A stretch of 64,000 bases of DNA from Kiritimatiellia bacterium. GTDB lineage: Bacteria; Verrucomicrobiota; Kiritimatiellia; RFP12; JAAYLN01. Both the position numbers and the translations under genes were made by a program. The stretch covers positions 28,005-92,004 of the forward strand of contig JAZQOA010000072.1 of the NCBI GenBank assembly GCA_045627605.1, written 5' to 3'. The stretch's first letter is position 1. Every line of letters starts with the position of its first letter. The notes under the pieces were generated by a model. It was not told the origin of the DNA. It did not search any database and saw only the letters and a program-made list of their open reading frames with translations. This document shows, one piece after another, positions 16,201 through 23,585 of the stretch.

Positions 16201-17264
16201 TCATCGCCAGCTACGGCCTTGCCGTCACCAAGGGCGACATCCTCGCCTCGCGCCATTGGAACGGCGTCGTCCTCGACGAGGCCCAGGCCATCAAGAACGC
16301 CGCCACGAAACGCGCCAAGGGCGTCAAGAAACTCGCCGCCCAGTTCCGCGTGGCCGCGACGGGCACGCCGGTCGAGAACCGCCTCAGCGAATTCTGGAGC
16401 CTCTTCGACTTCCTCAACCCCGGGATGCTGCTCTCGCAGGAGAAGTTCGTCGCCCGCTACACGCAGGACGGCATGGCGACCGCCGGGCTCAAGAAACTCG
16501 TCTCGCCGTTGGTTTTGCGCCGCCTGAAAAAAGACGTCCTCAAGGATTTGCCCCCCAAGACCGAGGTGAACCTCTTCGTCGAGCTGGAGTCGACCGAGCG
16601 CGCCGCCTACGAGGCCTGCCGCCGCCAGGCGCTTGAAGCGGTTGAGCAGGCGAAGGAGGCCGGCAAGGCCGCCTCGGCGGGAATGCTCGTCCTCCGTGAA
16701 CTCACGCGGCTCCGGCGCTTCTGCTGCCACCCGTCGCTTGTCCTCCCCGAACTTGTCGCCTCCGCGAAACTCGACGCGCTCGCCGATCTCCTGGCCGACC
16801 TCCGCGAGGGCGATCACCGCGCACTTGTCTTCAGCCAGTACACCGACTATCTCGCCATCGTCGGCAACATGGTCGGCAAAAACGGCTGGTCCTACCAGTA
16901 TCTCGACGGCTCCACGCCGAGGGACGAGCGGCTTGAACGGGTGGAGCGCTTCCAGAAGGGCGAAGGCGACTTCTTCCTCATCAGCCTCAAGGCGGGCGGC
17001 TTCGGCCTCAACCTTACCGCCGCCAACTACGTGATTCTCCTCGACCCCTGGTGGAACCCCGCCGTGGAGAACCAGGCGGCGGACCGCGTCCACCGCATCG
17101 GGCAGACGGAGCCGGTGACGGTTTACCGACTCGTCGCGAAGGACACCATCGAGGAACGCGTCGTCGCCCTCCACGCCGACAAGCTCAAGATCGCGGACGA
17201 CCTTCTGGAAGGCGCCGGCAGCGCCGCGCTCACGCTGAACGAGATGATGGGGCTGTTCAGCTGA
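13278..17264 (+). CDS. SNF2-family helicase with an approximately 870-aa N-terminal extension of unknown function
   Basis: ATG at 13278; the track start at 13275 is GTG. Motifs LRPYQREGFVWL, DDMGLGKT, VLDEAQAIKN, TGTPVENRL, SLKAGGFGLNLT, WWNPAVENQAADRVHRIGQ. Confidence 0.9.
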   Translation: MKINFNFSQPNWDGLVAAVRMGDRRAFERHFGACLPMGGFQSLWFGAKSGKAYLLQRIADEIAPAGRGFPPDLKYEYRRMLAPYKLYREFVSGRDVAEALAQVAEAFIQGVTPADFDAVLMAGAICVFAGDAERLATLSDLRGVRAGIGASDFRTYTDVFAAYRLLLERGPSQGVLSRLDLLGDSFGGAASFLPQMRGKFPLTHLRLPCFELYAAVCAALYKDAPLRCLSVGVTVDSLLHALDDVRGTVDCALLADVSRILAAVGEDGGSFGSEAVPPGAFTPPPLASFNRLLMAHVAGGEGVLGGDARPHVEAARALVDAGQLVLGATAAGFAMGWPSVSESAGAVVAAAAHWGVKPLFKMDPRLPAWQLALDELGKFIDGADAAPAAVRDPFFWLLTLSRVGGPETFKVVDLGIWRRRVLKSGKLGKGKVHSVGEAERMVGELETLPQDDAVFAALWQLSGEFGFPRGFRSVGNPGKFACLLRSLVGHPRVAAMVDGEDFEATPIELSAYAPKIETSRTPEGELVLELPRELRELGSEAGSGRALLRLGPGKYGALLCGAELQRAAEIILKRGSGGKVVIPGAAAEDAANRIAQAAKTIPMHGVITEDGDLSKLPRVAASPLPHLRLSLEDDDALEIALRVVVDEGTGKVVYAPGFGPGEVVARQAGEAVAVVRDKSAEEAAAKPVRDLLAECPGVKAMGVDDWRAEGLAEILGALDGLRSLGDAVALDWLDPDRVLKVASVSGAALDARPKGAGHWFGVSGNFDLDNGKVLSFEEMLKSMPAKVGGYVRLSDGEYVRVSRKLRERLEMLGAAGDMRDGELDVPVAALPAIDGAFGGAAENDGAAAFALPEAMERRATQIRDELARDVAVPEGLAAELRPYQREGFVWLDHLAGCGIGACLADDMGLGKTLEIIAVLLARAADGASLVVAPTSVCGNWESEIRRFAPGLVPKPVGARESAAEVVKTAGRGDVVIASYGLAVTKGDILASRHWNGVVLDEAQAIKNAATKRAKGVKKLAAQFRVAATGTPVENRLSEFWSLFDFLNPGMLLSQEKFVARYTQDGMATAGLKKLVSPLVLRRLKKDVLKDLPPKTEVNLFVELESTERAAYEACRRQALEAVEQAKEAGKAASAGMLVLRELTRLRRFCCHPSLVLPELVASAKLDALADLLADLREGDHRALVFSQYTDYLAIVGNMVGKNGWSYQYLDGSTPRDERLERVERFQKGEGDFFLISLKAGGFGLNLTAANYVILLDPWWNPAVENQAADRVHRIGQTEPVTVYRLVAKDTIEERVVALHADKLKIADDLLEGAGSAALTLNEMMGLFS

Positions 17265-17357
17265 GAGTTGGCAGAGGGGCGCGCTCCCGCGTGACCGCCG
17301 CGCTGGGAGTGCGGCGGGGAGTGGTGCGGGGGCCATGTGTTTCCCCCGGCCGCGTCT

Positions 17358-17406
17358 GTTGCAATTTCCCGTTGCATTTTCCCGTTGCTTTTTTGTTGCT
17401 TTTATC
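17358..17406 (+). promoter_or_regulatory. four tandem GTTGC-headed 11-13-nt direct repeats upstream of the Hpt/kinase genes
   Basis: GTTGCAATTTCCC, GTTGCATTTTCCC, GTTGCTTTTTT, GTTGCTTTTATC, ending 28 nt before the ATG at 17434. Confidence 0.35.
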
Positions 17407-17433
17407 ATGTGTTTTTGATAGGATTCAATCATC

Positions 17434-17817
17434 ATGATTAAAGACTCTAGTCAAATTTTCAGCCGTCTTGCTGCCATGGGCTGCAACATCGAGGAGACGC
17501 TGGAAGACACTTACATGGGCAACGAGGCGCTTTACCTGAAGCAACTTGTGCGCCTGGCCGGCTCCGATACGCCGCAGAAGATGCTCGCGGCTGTCCGGGG
17601 CGGCGATGTCGCGGAGTGTTTCGAGGCGGCGCACGAGCTGAAGGGACTCTACGCGACGATGGGGCTTGAGCCCTTGTATCGCTCGTGTTGCGTTATCGTC
17701 GAGGCGACGCGCGGCGAGCAGGGCCGTCTCGACGGCGTGCTTGAAAAAGCCGAGGCGCTCGCGGCCAGCCACGAGGCGGTGCTGGGGGAGATCAGGGGAT
17801 TCGGTGCGCCCGCCTGA
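17434..17817 (+). CDS. Hpt (histidine phosphotransfer) domain protein
   Basis: 127 aa containing the Hpt signature AAHELKG. Confidence 0.75.
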   Translation: MIKDSSQIFSRLAAMGCNIEETLEDTYMGNEALYLKQLVRLAGSDTPQKMLAAVRGGDVAECFEAAHELKGLYATMGLEPLYRSCCVIVEATRGEQGRLDGVLEKAEALAASHEAVLGEIRGFGAPA

Positions 17818-17842
17818 CGGGCGGGGAGGGAAAGGTTTGGCT

Positions 17843-20380
17843 ATGCAGGATTTTGAAAAGGCGGAAGGCTCCAAGGAACAGAAGATCGCGTCGAAAGGGT
17901 CGTCGAGCGACCAGATTCTTTCGGCTATCACGAGGATGCTTTATTCCTACAACTTGACCGTCGATCTCGAAACGGGCAAGTACACGATGATCGAAGGCAC
18001 GGGCCTGACGAATATGCGCGAACTCTTCCGCCGGACGGACGACTTGCGCCGGGCGAACGAAAGCGTTTTCAGAACCATCGAACCGAAGTTCGTGCCCAAG
18101 TTGCGCGAACTGGTGGGCCTCGACTACCTGCGCAACCGCACTGAGTCGGGATACGTCGGCACCTACGAGTACATGGAGCGCAACACCGACAACAACGCCG
18201 TCGACCACTGGGCCGAAGTGAATGTCTTCATCGGTCACGACGAAGACGGGGGGGTCGTGGCGAACATCCTCGGTCGTGACATCACGGAGTTCCACCACCG
18301 GCAGGAGGCGCGCGACAAGGAGCAGAAAGCCGCCGCGGCGAAGGATCAGCTGCTGTCGGAAATCACCCAGAAACTCTACGGCTTCAACGTCACCGTCGAC
18401 TTGCAGACGGGTCACTACTCGCTCATCGAGGGCACTGGCACTCCGGATTCGGTGAAGGCGTTCTCCGAGGGCGAGTTCTATCCCGACGTCATCGAGAAGT
18501 TGCTTGGCCACGTCGCCGGCTCGCACGAGAACGAGGTGCGCCGTCTCTTCGGGTTCGACTATCTCGTCAACCGCAAGAACGAGGAAGGCTATGGCGGCTA
18601 CATCGAGTACCCGATGGACTTCGGCGGCCGCCACCGCTGGCACGAGGCGAACCTCTTTTTCGGAACAAGCGCCACAGGGGAGCGCGTGGCGAACATCCTC
18701 GGCCGCGACGTGACCGAGGCCCACGAGCGCCAGGAAATCCGCGAACGGGAACTCAAGGCTGTCGCGACGAAGGACATGATCCTCTCCGACATCACGCAGC
18801 ACCTCTACGCCTACAACCAGACGGTCGACCTCGACAGCGGAAAGTACACGCTGATCACGGGAACGGGCATGGAGGAGGTGCGCGAGATCCTCTCACGGAC
18901 GGACGACTTCAAGACGAGCTTCAATGAATGCCGCAAGATCGTCGAGCCCGACCACTTGAAGGAGGTGGACGAACTGATTTCCCTGGAGGCCCTGCGCGCG
19001 CCGGGCGTGCCGGACGGCTTCGTGAACCGAATCGAGTATCCGGCGACGATCAACGGCAGCCGGCACTGGCACGAGGTCAATGTCTTCCGCGGCACCGGCG
19101 CATCGGGGCGGCCCGTCGCGAACGTTCTGGGCCGTGACGTGACCGAGGCCCACGAGCAAAGCGACACCGCCGCCCAGCTGGCGATCGCCCGCGCCGCAAA
19201 CAAGGCCAAGAGCGAGTTCCTTTCGAACATGTCGCACGACATCCGCACGCCGATGAACGCCATTCTCGGCATGACGACGATTGCGCAGACCTATATTTCG
19301 CAACGCACCGACGACGCAGTCTGCATCAAGCAGATTTCGGACTGCCTCGACAAGGTCCTCGTCGGCTCGCGCCACCTGCTCTCGCTCATCAACGACGTGC
19401 TCGACATGTCGCGCATGGAGTACGGGCGCCTCTCGATCAACGAGGCCCCGATCAAACTCGACGAAATCGTCAAGGGCGTCCTCTCGCTCATCCGCTCGCA
19501 GGGCGAGGACAAGGGCATTCTGGTGGAGTATTTCGAGGAGAAAATCATCCACCGCTCGCTGAAGGTCGACGCCATGCGCATCAACCAGATCTTCATCAAC
19601 ATCCTCGGCAACTCGGTCAAGTTCACGCCGAAGGGCGGCAAGATCACGTGGCGCATCAGCGAACAGCCGGGCGATCAGCCCGACGTCTCGGTTTTCCGTT
19701 TCGAATGCCGCGACACGGGCCGCGGTATGAGCGCGGAGTTCCTGCCCAAGCTCTTCGACCCGTTCGCGCAGGAGGGGCGCCAGTTCTCCGACACCTATGT
19801 CGGCACCGGTCTCGGCATGGCGATTACCAAGCAGATCGTCGAGCTGATGCACGGGTCGATCGTGGTCTCGAGCCGGCTGGGCGAAGGCACCACGTTTGTC
19901 GTCGAACTGCCGCTCAAGCACGCCGAAAAAATGACGGGCGACAAGGACGAGGCCAAAGCCTTGCCCAAGCCGGCGAGCACCAACATTGTCTCCGGCCGCT
20001 CCTTCCTCGTGGCCGAGGACGTTCCCTCCAACGCCGAGGTCATCACCCAGATGGTCGAGCTTTGCGGCGGGAAAATCGAGATCGCCGCCAACGGCCGCCT
20101 GGTCGTCGAGCGCTTCCGCCGTGCCAAGAAGGGCGAGTTCGACGCCATTTTCATGGACATCCGCATGCCCGAGATGAATGGCTACGAGGCCACCTCGGCA
20201 ATCCGCGCGCTCGACCGCGACGACGCGAAGACCATCCCGATCATCGCCATGAGTGCGGATGCCTTCGCCGAGGACATCGCCAGGGCCAAGCAGAGCGGCA
20301 TGAACGACCATGTGTCGAAGCCCATCCGCTTCAAGCAACTTTCCGCCACGCTTCAGAAAGTACTTCCCGAAAGGAAATGA
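17843..20380 (+). CDS. hybrid sensor histidine kinase with three tandem approximately 160-aa sensor repeats
   Basis: ATG at 17843 after GGGGAGGG. Three paralogous modules begin ILSAITRMLYSYNLTVDLETGKY, LLSEITQKLYGFNVTVDLQTGHY and ILSDITQHLYAYNQTVDLDSGKY. Then H-box SNMSHDIRTPMNAILGM, HATPase_c and REC (FMDIRMPEMNG...SKP). Confidence 0.9.
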   Translation: MQDFEKAEGSKEQKIASKGSSSDQILSAITRMLYSYNLTVDLETGKYTMIEGTGLTNMRELFRRTDDLRRANESVFRTIEPKFVPKLRELVGLDYLRNRTESGYVGTYEYMERNTDNNAVDHWAEVNVFIGHDEDGGVVANILGRDITEFHHRQEARDKEQKAAAAKDQLLSEITQKLYGFNVTVDLQTGHYSLIEGTGTPDSVKAFSEGEFYPDVIEKLLGHVAGSHENEVRRLFGFDYLVNRKNEEGYGGYIEYPMDFGGRHRWHEANLFFGTSATGERVANILGRDVTEAHERQEIRERELKAVATKDMILSDITQHLYAYNQTVDLDSGKYTLITGTGMEEVREILSRTDDFKTSFNECRKIVEPDHLKEVDELISLEALRAPGVPDGFVNRIEYPATINGSRHWHEVNVFRGTGASGRPVANVLGRDVTEAHEQSDTAAQLAIARAANKAKSEFLSNMSHDIRTPMNAILGMTTIAQTYISQRTDDAVCIKQISDCLDKVLVGSRHLLSLINDVLDMSRMEYGRLSINEAPIKLDEIVKGVLSLIRSQGEDKGILVEYFEEKIIHRSLKVDAMRINQIFINILGNSVKFTPKGGKITWRISEQPGDQPDVSVFRFECRDTGRGMSAEFLPKLFDPFAQEGRQFSDTYVGTGLGMAITKQIVELMHGSIVVSSRLGEGTTFVVELPLKHAEKMTGDKDEAKALPKPASTNIVSGRSFLVAEDVPSNAEVITQMVELCGGKIEIAANGRLVVERFRRAKKGEFDAIFMDIRMPEMNGYEATSAIRALDRDDAKTIPIIAMSADAFAEDIARAKQSGMNDHVSKPIRFKQLSATLQKVLPERK

Positions 20381-20384
20381 CGAG

Positions 20385-22835
20385 ATGATTACCGACTTGA
20401 ACGGCCGCAGCGCCGCGATAGCCTGTGCGAGCGACGAGGACTCCGAGCGCCTGGCCGGGGCCCTTGCCGAACTCGGCGTCGAGACCGATATCTACGCTGC
20501 GGACGCCTCTGGCGCCGTGTTGGCCATCGCGAGCGGCCGCCGCTACGACTTCGTGCTGGTGCACTGCACGGCCAAGACGCTGTCAGACCGCGTCATGTGC
20601 GAGACCTACCGTCTCGCCGGCGACATCGCCGCACGACACTTGGTCGCCATCACTTCCGACTGGTCGCATGTCGAGTCGCTTGCGCCGGGGCTTGGGTTCT
20701 GCGCCTATCTGCGCCCGAGCGCCGACCGCGACGAGGTGCGCCGCGTGATGGGGAAAATCCTCGCCGACGAAAAACGCGCTCTGGCAAAGACCGAGCACCC
20801 CGACCTTATGGGCAAGCACTTCCTCGTGGTGGACAACAACGTTTCCAACGTCGAGATCCTCAAAAACGCCATCGAGTGCTTTGGCGGCACCGTTGACGTG
20901 TCCAGCAGCGGGGAAGAGGCCATATCGAAGATGCTCAACGCGCCGGCATCGGGCGACGCCGCCTATTCGATGGTGCTGATGGACATCTACATGCCGCCGG
21001 GCATCGACGGCCTCGAAGCCACGCAGCGCTTCCGCAATTCGGCCCATCCGCTGGCGAAGACGCTGCCGATCGTCATCGTCTCGGGCGATGCCGACCCGTT
21101 GATCACCGTTCGCGAGCGCGAGGTCGGTGCCAGCGCCTTTCACCTGAAGCCGCTCACGCGCTCGGCCCTCGTCGAGATTCTCCGCCGCTTCCTCGATTTG
21201 CCGCCCCAGGCCGAAACCAACGTCGAGCTCACCAGGATCCGCCGCATTTCCGAGTTGAAGGAGGACAACCGCAAGCTTACGTCGTTCCTCAACACCCAGA
21301 AGGCCGCCAGCGCGTTCTTCAACCACATGTTCGACGCGCTTCCCCAGCCGGTCTTCCTCAAGGATGCGGCAAACTCCCAGTACCTGCGGTGCAACCCCGC
21401 GTTCGTCGAAGCCAACGGCCATACAAGCGAGCAGATTATCGGAATGTTCGACCGCGATATCTTCCCGGCCGAATTTGCCGAGGCGTTCGTCGCGCATGAC
21501 AAGGCCACCCTCGCCGCACCTGACGGGCGGTGCTTTTTCCCGACCCACGGCTGCGGTGCCGATGGCTGCGAACACCGCCTCTGGGACAAGTGGCAGGTCG
21601 TTATCGACGGCCAGGATGGGCGGCGCTACATTCTGGGCGCACTCAGTGAGGTCACGAAGCGCGTCGAGGACGCGAATCGCATCCTCCAGCAGGAGCGCCA
21701 GATCAACGAGGCCGTCAAGAAGGAGCGCGACGTGGCCGTCGCCGCCGAAAAGGCGAAGAGTTTCTTCTTCTCCGCGATCAGCCACGACATCCGAACGCCG
21801 CTCAACTCGGTGATAGGTTTCGTCGACATGCTCGAGCGCGAGGACGACCCCGCGCTGCGCCAGGAGTACATCCGAAACATCAAGTCCAGCGGCCGCGACC
21901 TCATGCGCCTCGTCGACGACATGATCGACCTCGTCAAGTACGACAATGGTGGCGCGGCTGTCTTGGCCGAGCCTTTCCAGGTCGGCGATCTCGCCCGGGA
22001 GTGCAGGGACGCGCTGAAGGGCGCCGTCGAGGCGAAGGGCCTTGAGTTCACGCTCGACCTCCCCGACGACATGCCCTTGCTGGTCGTCGATCGCCGCCAT
22101 TTCCGCCAGATCCTGATGAATCTCGTCGACAACGCCGTCAAGTTCACCGAAAAGGGTTCTGTGAAGGTGTCGCTGTCGTATGTGTCGGAGGTACTCACAC
22201 TGCGTGTGAAGGACACGGGCTGCGGCATCGCGCGAGACGACCTGGAGCGCATCCTGAAGCCCTACGTGAAGGTTGAAAACCGGACGCAGACGGGCGGCAC
22301 GGGCATCGGATTGGCAATCGTCAACCTTCTTGTCGAACGCATGGGTGGCAAACTCTCGGTGCAGAGCCTCGTCGGGGTGGGGTCTGAATTCTCGGTCGTC
22401 GTGCCTGACGTGAAGGTCGGGAAGATAAAGGCCGCCGACACCGGACTGAAGGCGTCAAAGCTCCTGCCTTTCGACGGCAAGCGCCTGCTGTTGGTGGACG
22501 ACGTGAAGCTCAACCTGATGGTGCTGTCGTCGTATTGCCGCAAGCTTGGCGCGGCGAAATGCCTGATGGCTTCCTGCGGGGAGGAGGCGCTGCAGGTGCT
22601 GGCGAAGGAACCGGTCGACATGGTACTGACCGACATCCTGATGCCGGGCATGGGCGGCGTGGGCCTCGTGAAGGAAATCCGCGCCAACAAGGATTATGAA
22701 AAAATGCCCGTCCATGCCGTGACGGCTGATGTCGAGTTCGCCAAGAATGGCGACACGCGGAACTTCGACGGCGTGATCATGAAGCCGCTTACGCTCGACA
22801 GCCTCAGCCGCCACTTTGCGAAATACACCCCTTGA
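20385..22835 (+). CDS. hybrid sensor kinase/response regulator (pseudo-REC, REC, PAS-like, HisKA, HATPase_c, REC)
   Basis: ATG at 20385, 4 nt after the upstream stop. REC LVVDNNVSN...LMDIYMPPGIDG, H-box SAISHDIRTPLNSVIGF, DTGCGI and GTGIGLAIV, C-terminal REC LLVDDVKLN...TDILMPGMGG. Confidence 0.85.
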   Translation: MITDLNGRSAAIACASDEDSERLAGALAELGVETDIYAADASGAVLAIASGRRYDFVLVHCTAKTLSDRVMCETYRLAGDIAARHLVAITSDWSHVESLAPGLGFCAYLRPSADRDEVRRVMGKILADEKRALAKTEHPDLMGKHFLVVDNNVSNVEILKNAIECFGGTVDVSSSGEEAISKMLNAPASGDAAYSMVLMDIYMPPGIDGLEATQRFRNSAHPLAKTLPIVIVSGDADPLITVREREVGASAFHLKPLTRSALVEILRRFLDLPPQAETNVELTRIRRISELKEDNRKLTSFLNTQKAASAFFNHMFDALPQPVFLKDAANSQYLRCNPAFVEANGHTSEQIIGMFDRDIFPAEFAEAFVAHDKATLAAPDGRCFFPTHGCGADGCEHRLWDKWQVVIDGQDGRRYILGALSEVTKRVEDANRILQQERQINEAVKKERDVAVAAEKAKSFFFSAISHDIRTPLNSVIGFVDMLEREDDPALRQEYIRNIKSSGRDLMRLVDDMIDLVKYDNGGAAVLAEPFQVGDLARECRDALKGAVEAKGLEFTLDLPDDMPLLVVDRRHFRQILMNLVDNAVKFTEKGSVKVSLSYVSEVLTLRVKDTGCGIARDDLERILKPYVKVENRTQTGGTGIGLAIVNLLVERMGGKLSVQSLVGVGSEFSVVVPDVKVGKIKAADTGLKASKLLPFDGKRLLLVDDVKLNLMVLSSYCRKLGAAKCLMASCGEEALQVLAKEPVDMVLTDILMPGMGGVGLVKEIRANKDYEKMPVHAVTADVEFAKNGDTRNFDGVIMKPLTLDSLSRHFAKYTP

Positions 22836-22845
22836 TTTGAGGCCT

Positions 22846-22907
22846 GAAGGCGACTTCCTTCTTGTCAGCCTCAAGGCGGGCGGCTTCGGTCTCAACCTTG
22901 CCGCCGC
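22846..22907 (+). pseudogene. orphan fragment of an SNF2-helicase paralogue (helicase-C motif region)
   Basis: 56/62 nt identical by hand alignment to 16962-17023 of the intact SNF2 gene. Encodes EGDFLLVSLKAGGFGLNLAAA versus EGDFFLISLKAGGFGLNLTAA. Starts 10 nt after the kinase stop. Confidence 0.65.
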
Positions 22908-22955
22908 GTCCTTCTGGGAAACGACGCATTGCAATATCCCGCCCGCGTCAGGGGA

Positions 22956-23015
22956 GGTTGTAGGTTGAAGGTTGTAGGTTGAAGGTTGGAGGTTGAAGGT
23001 TGAAGGTTGGAGGTG
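22956..23015. repeat. heptamer tandem array (GGTTGNA) x ~8.5
   Basis: GGTTGTA GGTTGAA GGTTGTA GGTTGAA GGTTGGA GGTTGAA GGTTGAA GGTTGGA GGTG. Confidence 0.9.
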
Positions 23016-23585
23016 CGAGTGGGGAGTAGGCATCGGTACCGCCGCGCAAAACATCGGTGCTTCTCGTCTCATGTCTCTCGTCTCATGTCTCACGCCCTCG
23101 CTCATCACATGAGGACACGAGACAAGAGACACGAGACGCAAAAGGTTCGCGCCCGGTGCCCCGCAAGAGCCAGTAGGCATCGGTACCGCCGCGCAAAACA
23201 TCGGTGCTTCTCGTCTCTTGTCTCATGTCTCACGCCCTCGCTCATCACATGAGGACACGAGACAAGAGACACGAGACGCGAAAGGTTCGCGCCCGGTGCC
23301 CCGCAAGAGCCGGTAGGCATCGGTACCGCCGCGCAAAACATCGGTGCTTCTCGTTTCTTGTCTCATGTCTCACGCCCTTGCTCATCACATGAGGACACGA
23401 GACAAGAGACACGAGACGCGAAAGGTTCCCGCCCGGTGCCCCGCAAGAGCCGGTAGGCATCGGTACCGCCGCGCAAAACATCGGTGCTTCTCGTCTCATG
23501 TCTCTCGTCTCTTGTCTCACGCCCTTGCTCATCACATGAGGACACGAGACAAGAGACACGAGACGCGAAAGGTTCGCGCCAGCTT
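23016..23585. repeat. four tandem copies of a ~140-bp unit, each with a long heptad-built hairpin
   Basis: The GTAGGCATCGGTACC landmark occurs at 23025, 23173, 23313 and 23453, giving periods of 148, 140 and 140. Units are near-identical. The example stem 23212-23231 / 23259-23278 pairs at 18/20 positions with a 27-nt loop. The last unit ends about 6 nt from the hemW stop. Confidence 0.9.

Noticed and set aside
13278-17264. SNF2 helicase as part of a DISARM-like or other phage-defence system
   Set aside because: No methyltransferase, DUF1998, phospholipase D or additional helicase partner genes are adjacent. The neighbours are a GH4 operon and signalling genes.
17198-22950. Extension of the SNF2 fragment homology to the SNF2 C-terminal DLLEG region (CCTTCTGG shared at about 17201 and about 22911)
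   Set aside because: Only 8 contiguous nt match, followed by unrelated sequence. This is indistinguishable from chance.
23016-23585. Possible CRISPR array (regularly spaced repeats)
   Set aside because: The whole 140-bp unit is repeated nearly identically, so there are no unique spacers between short repeats. No cas genes are nearby. It is a tandem repeat rather than a CRISPR array.
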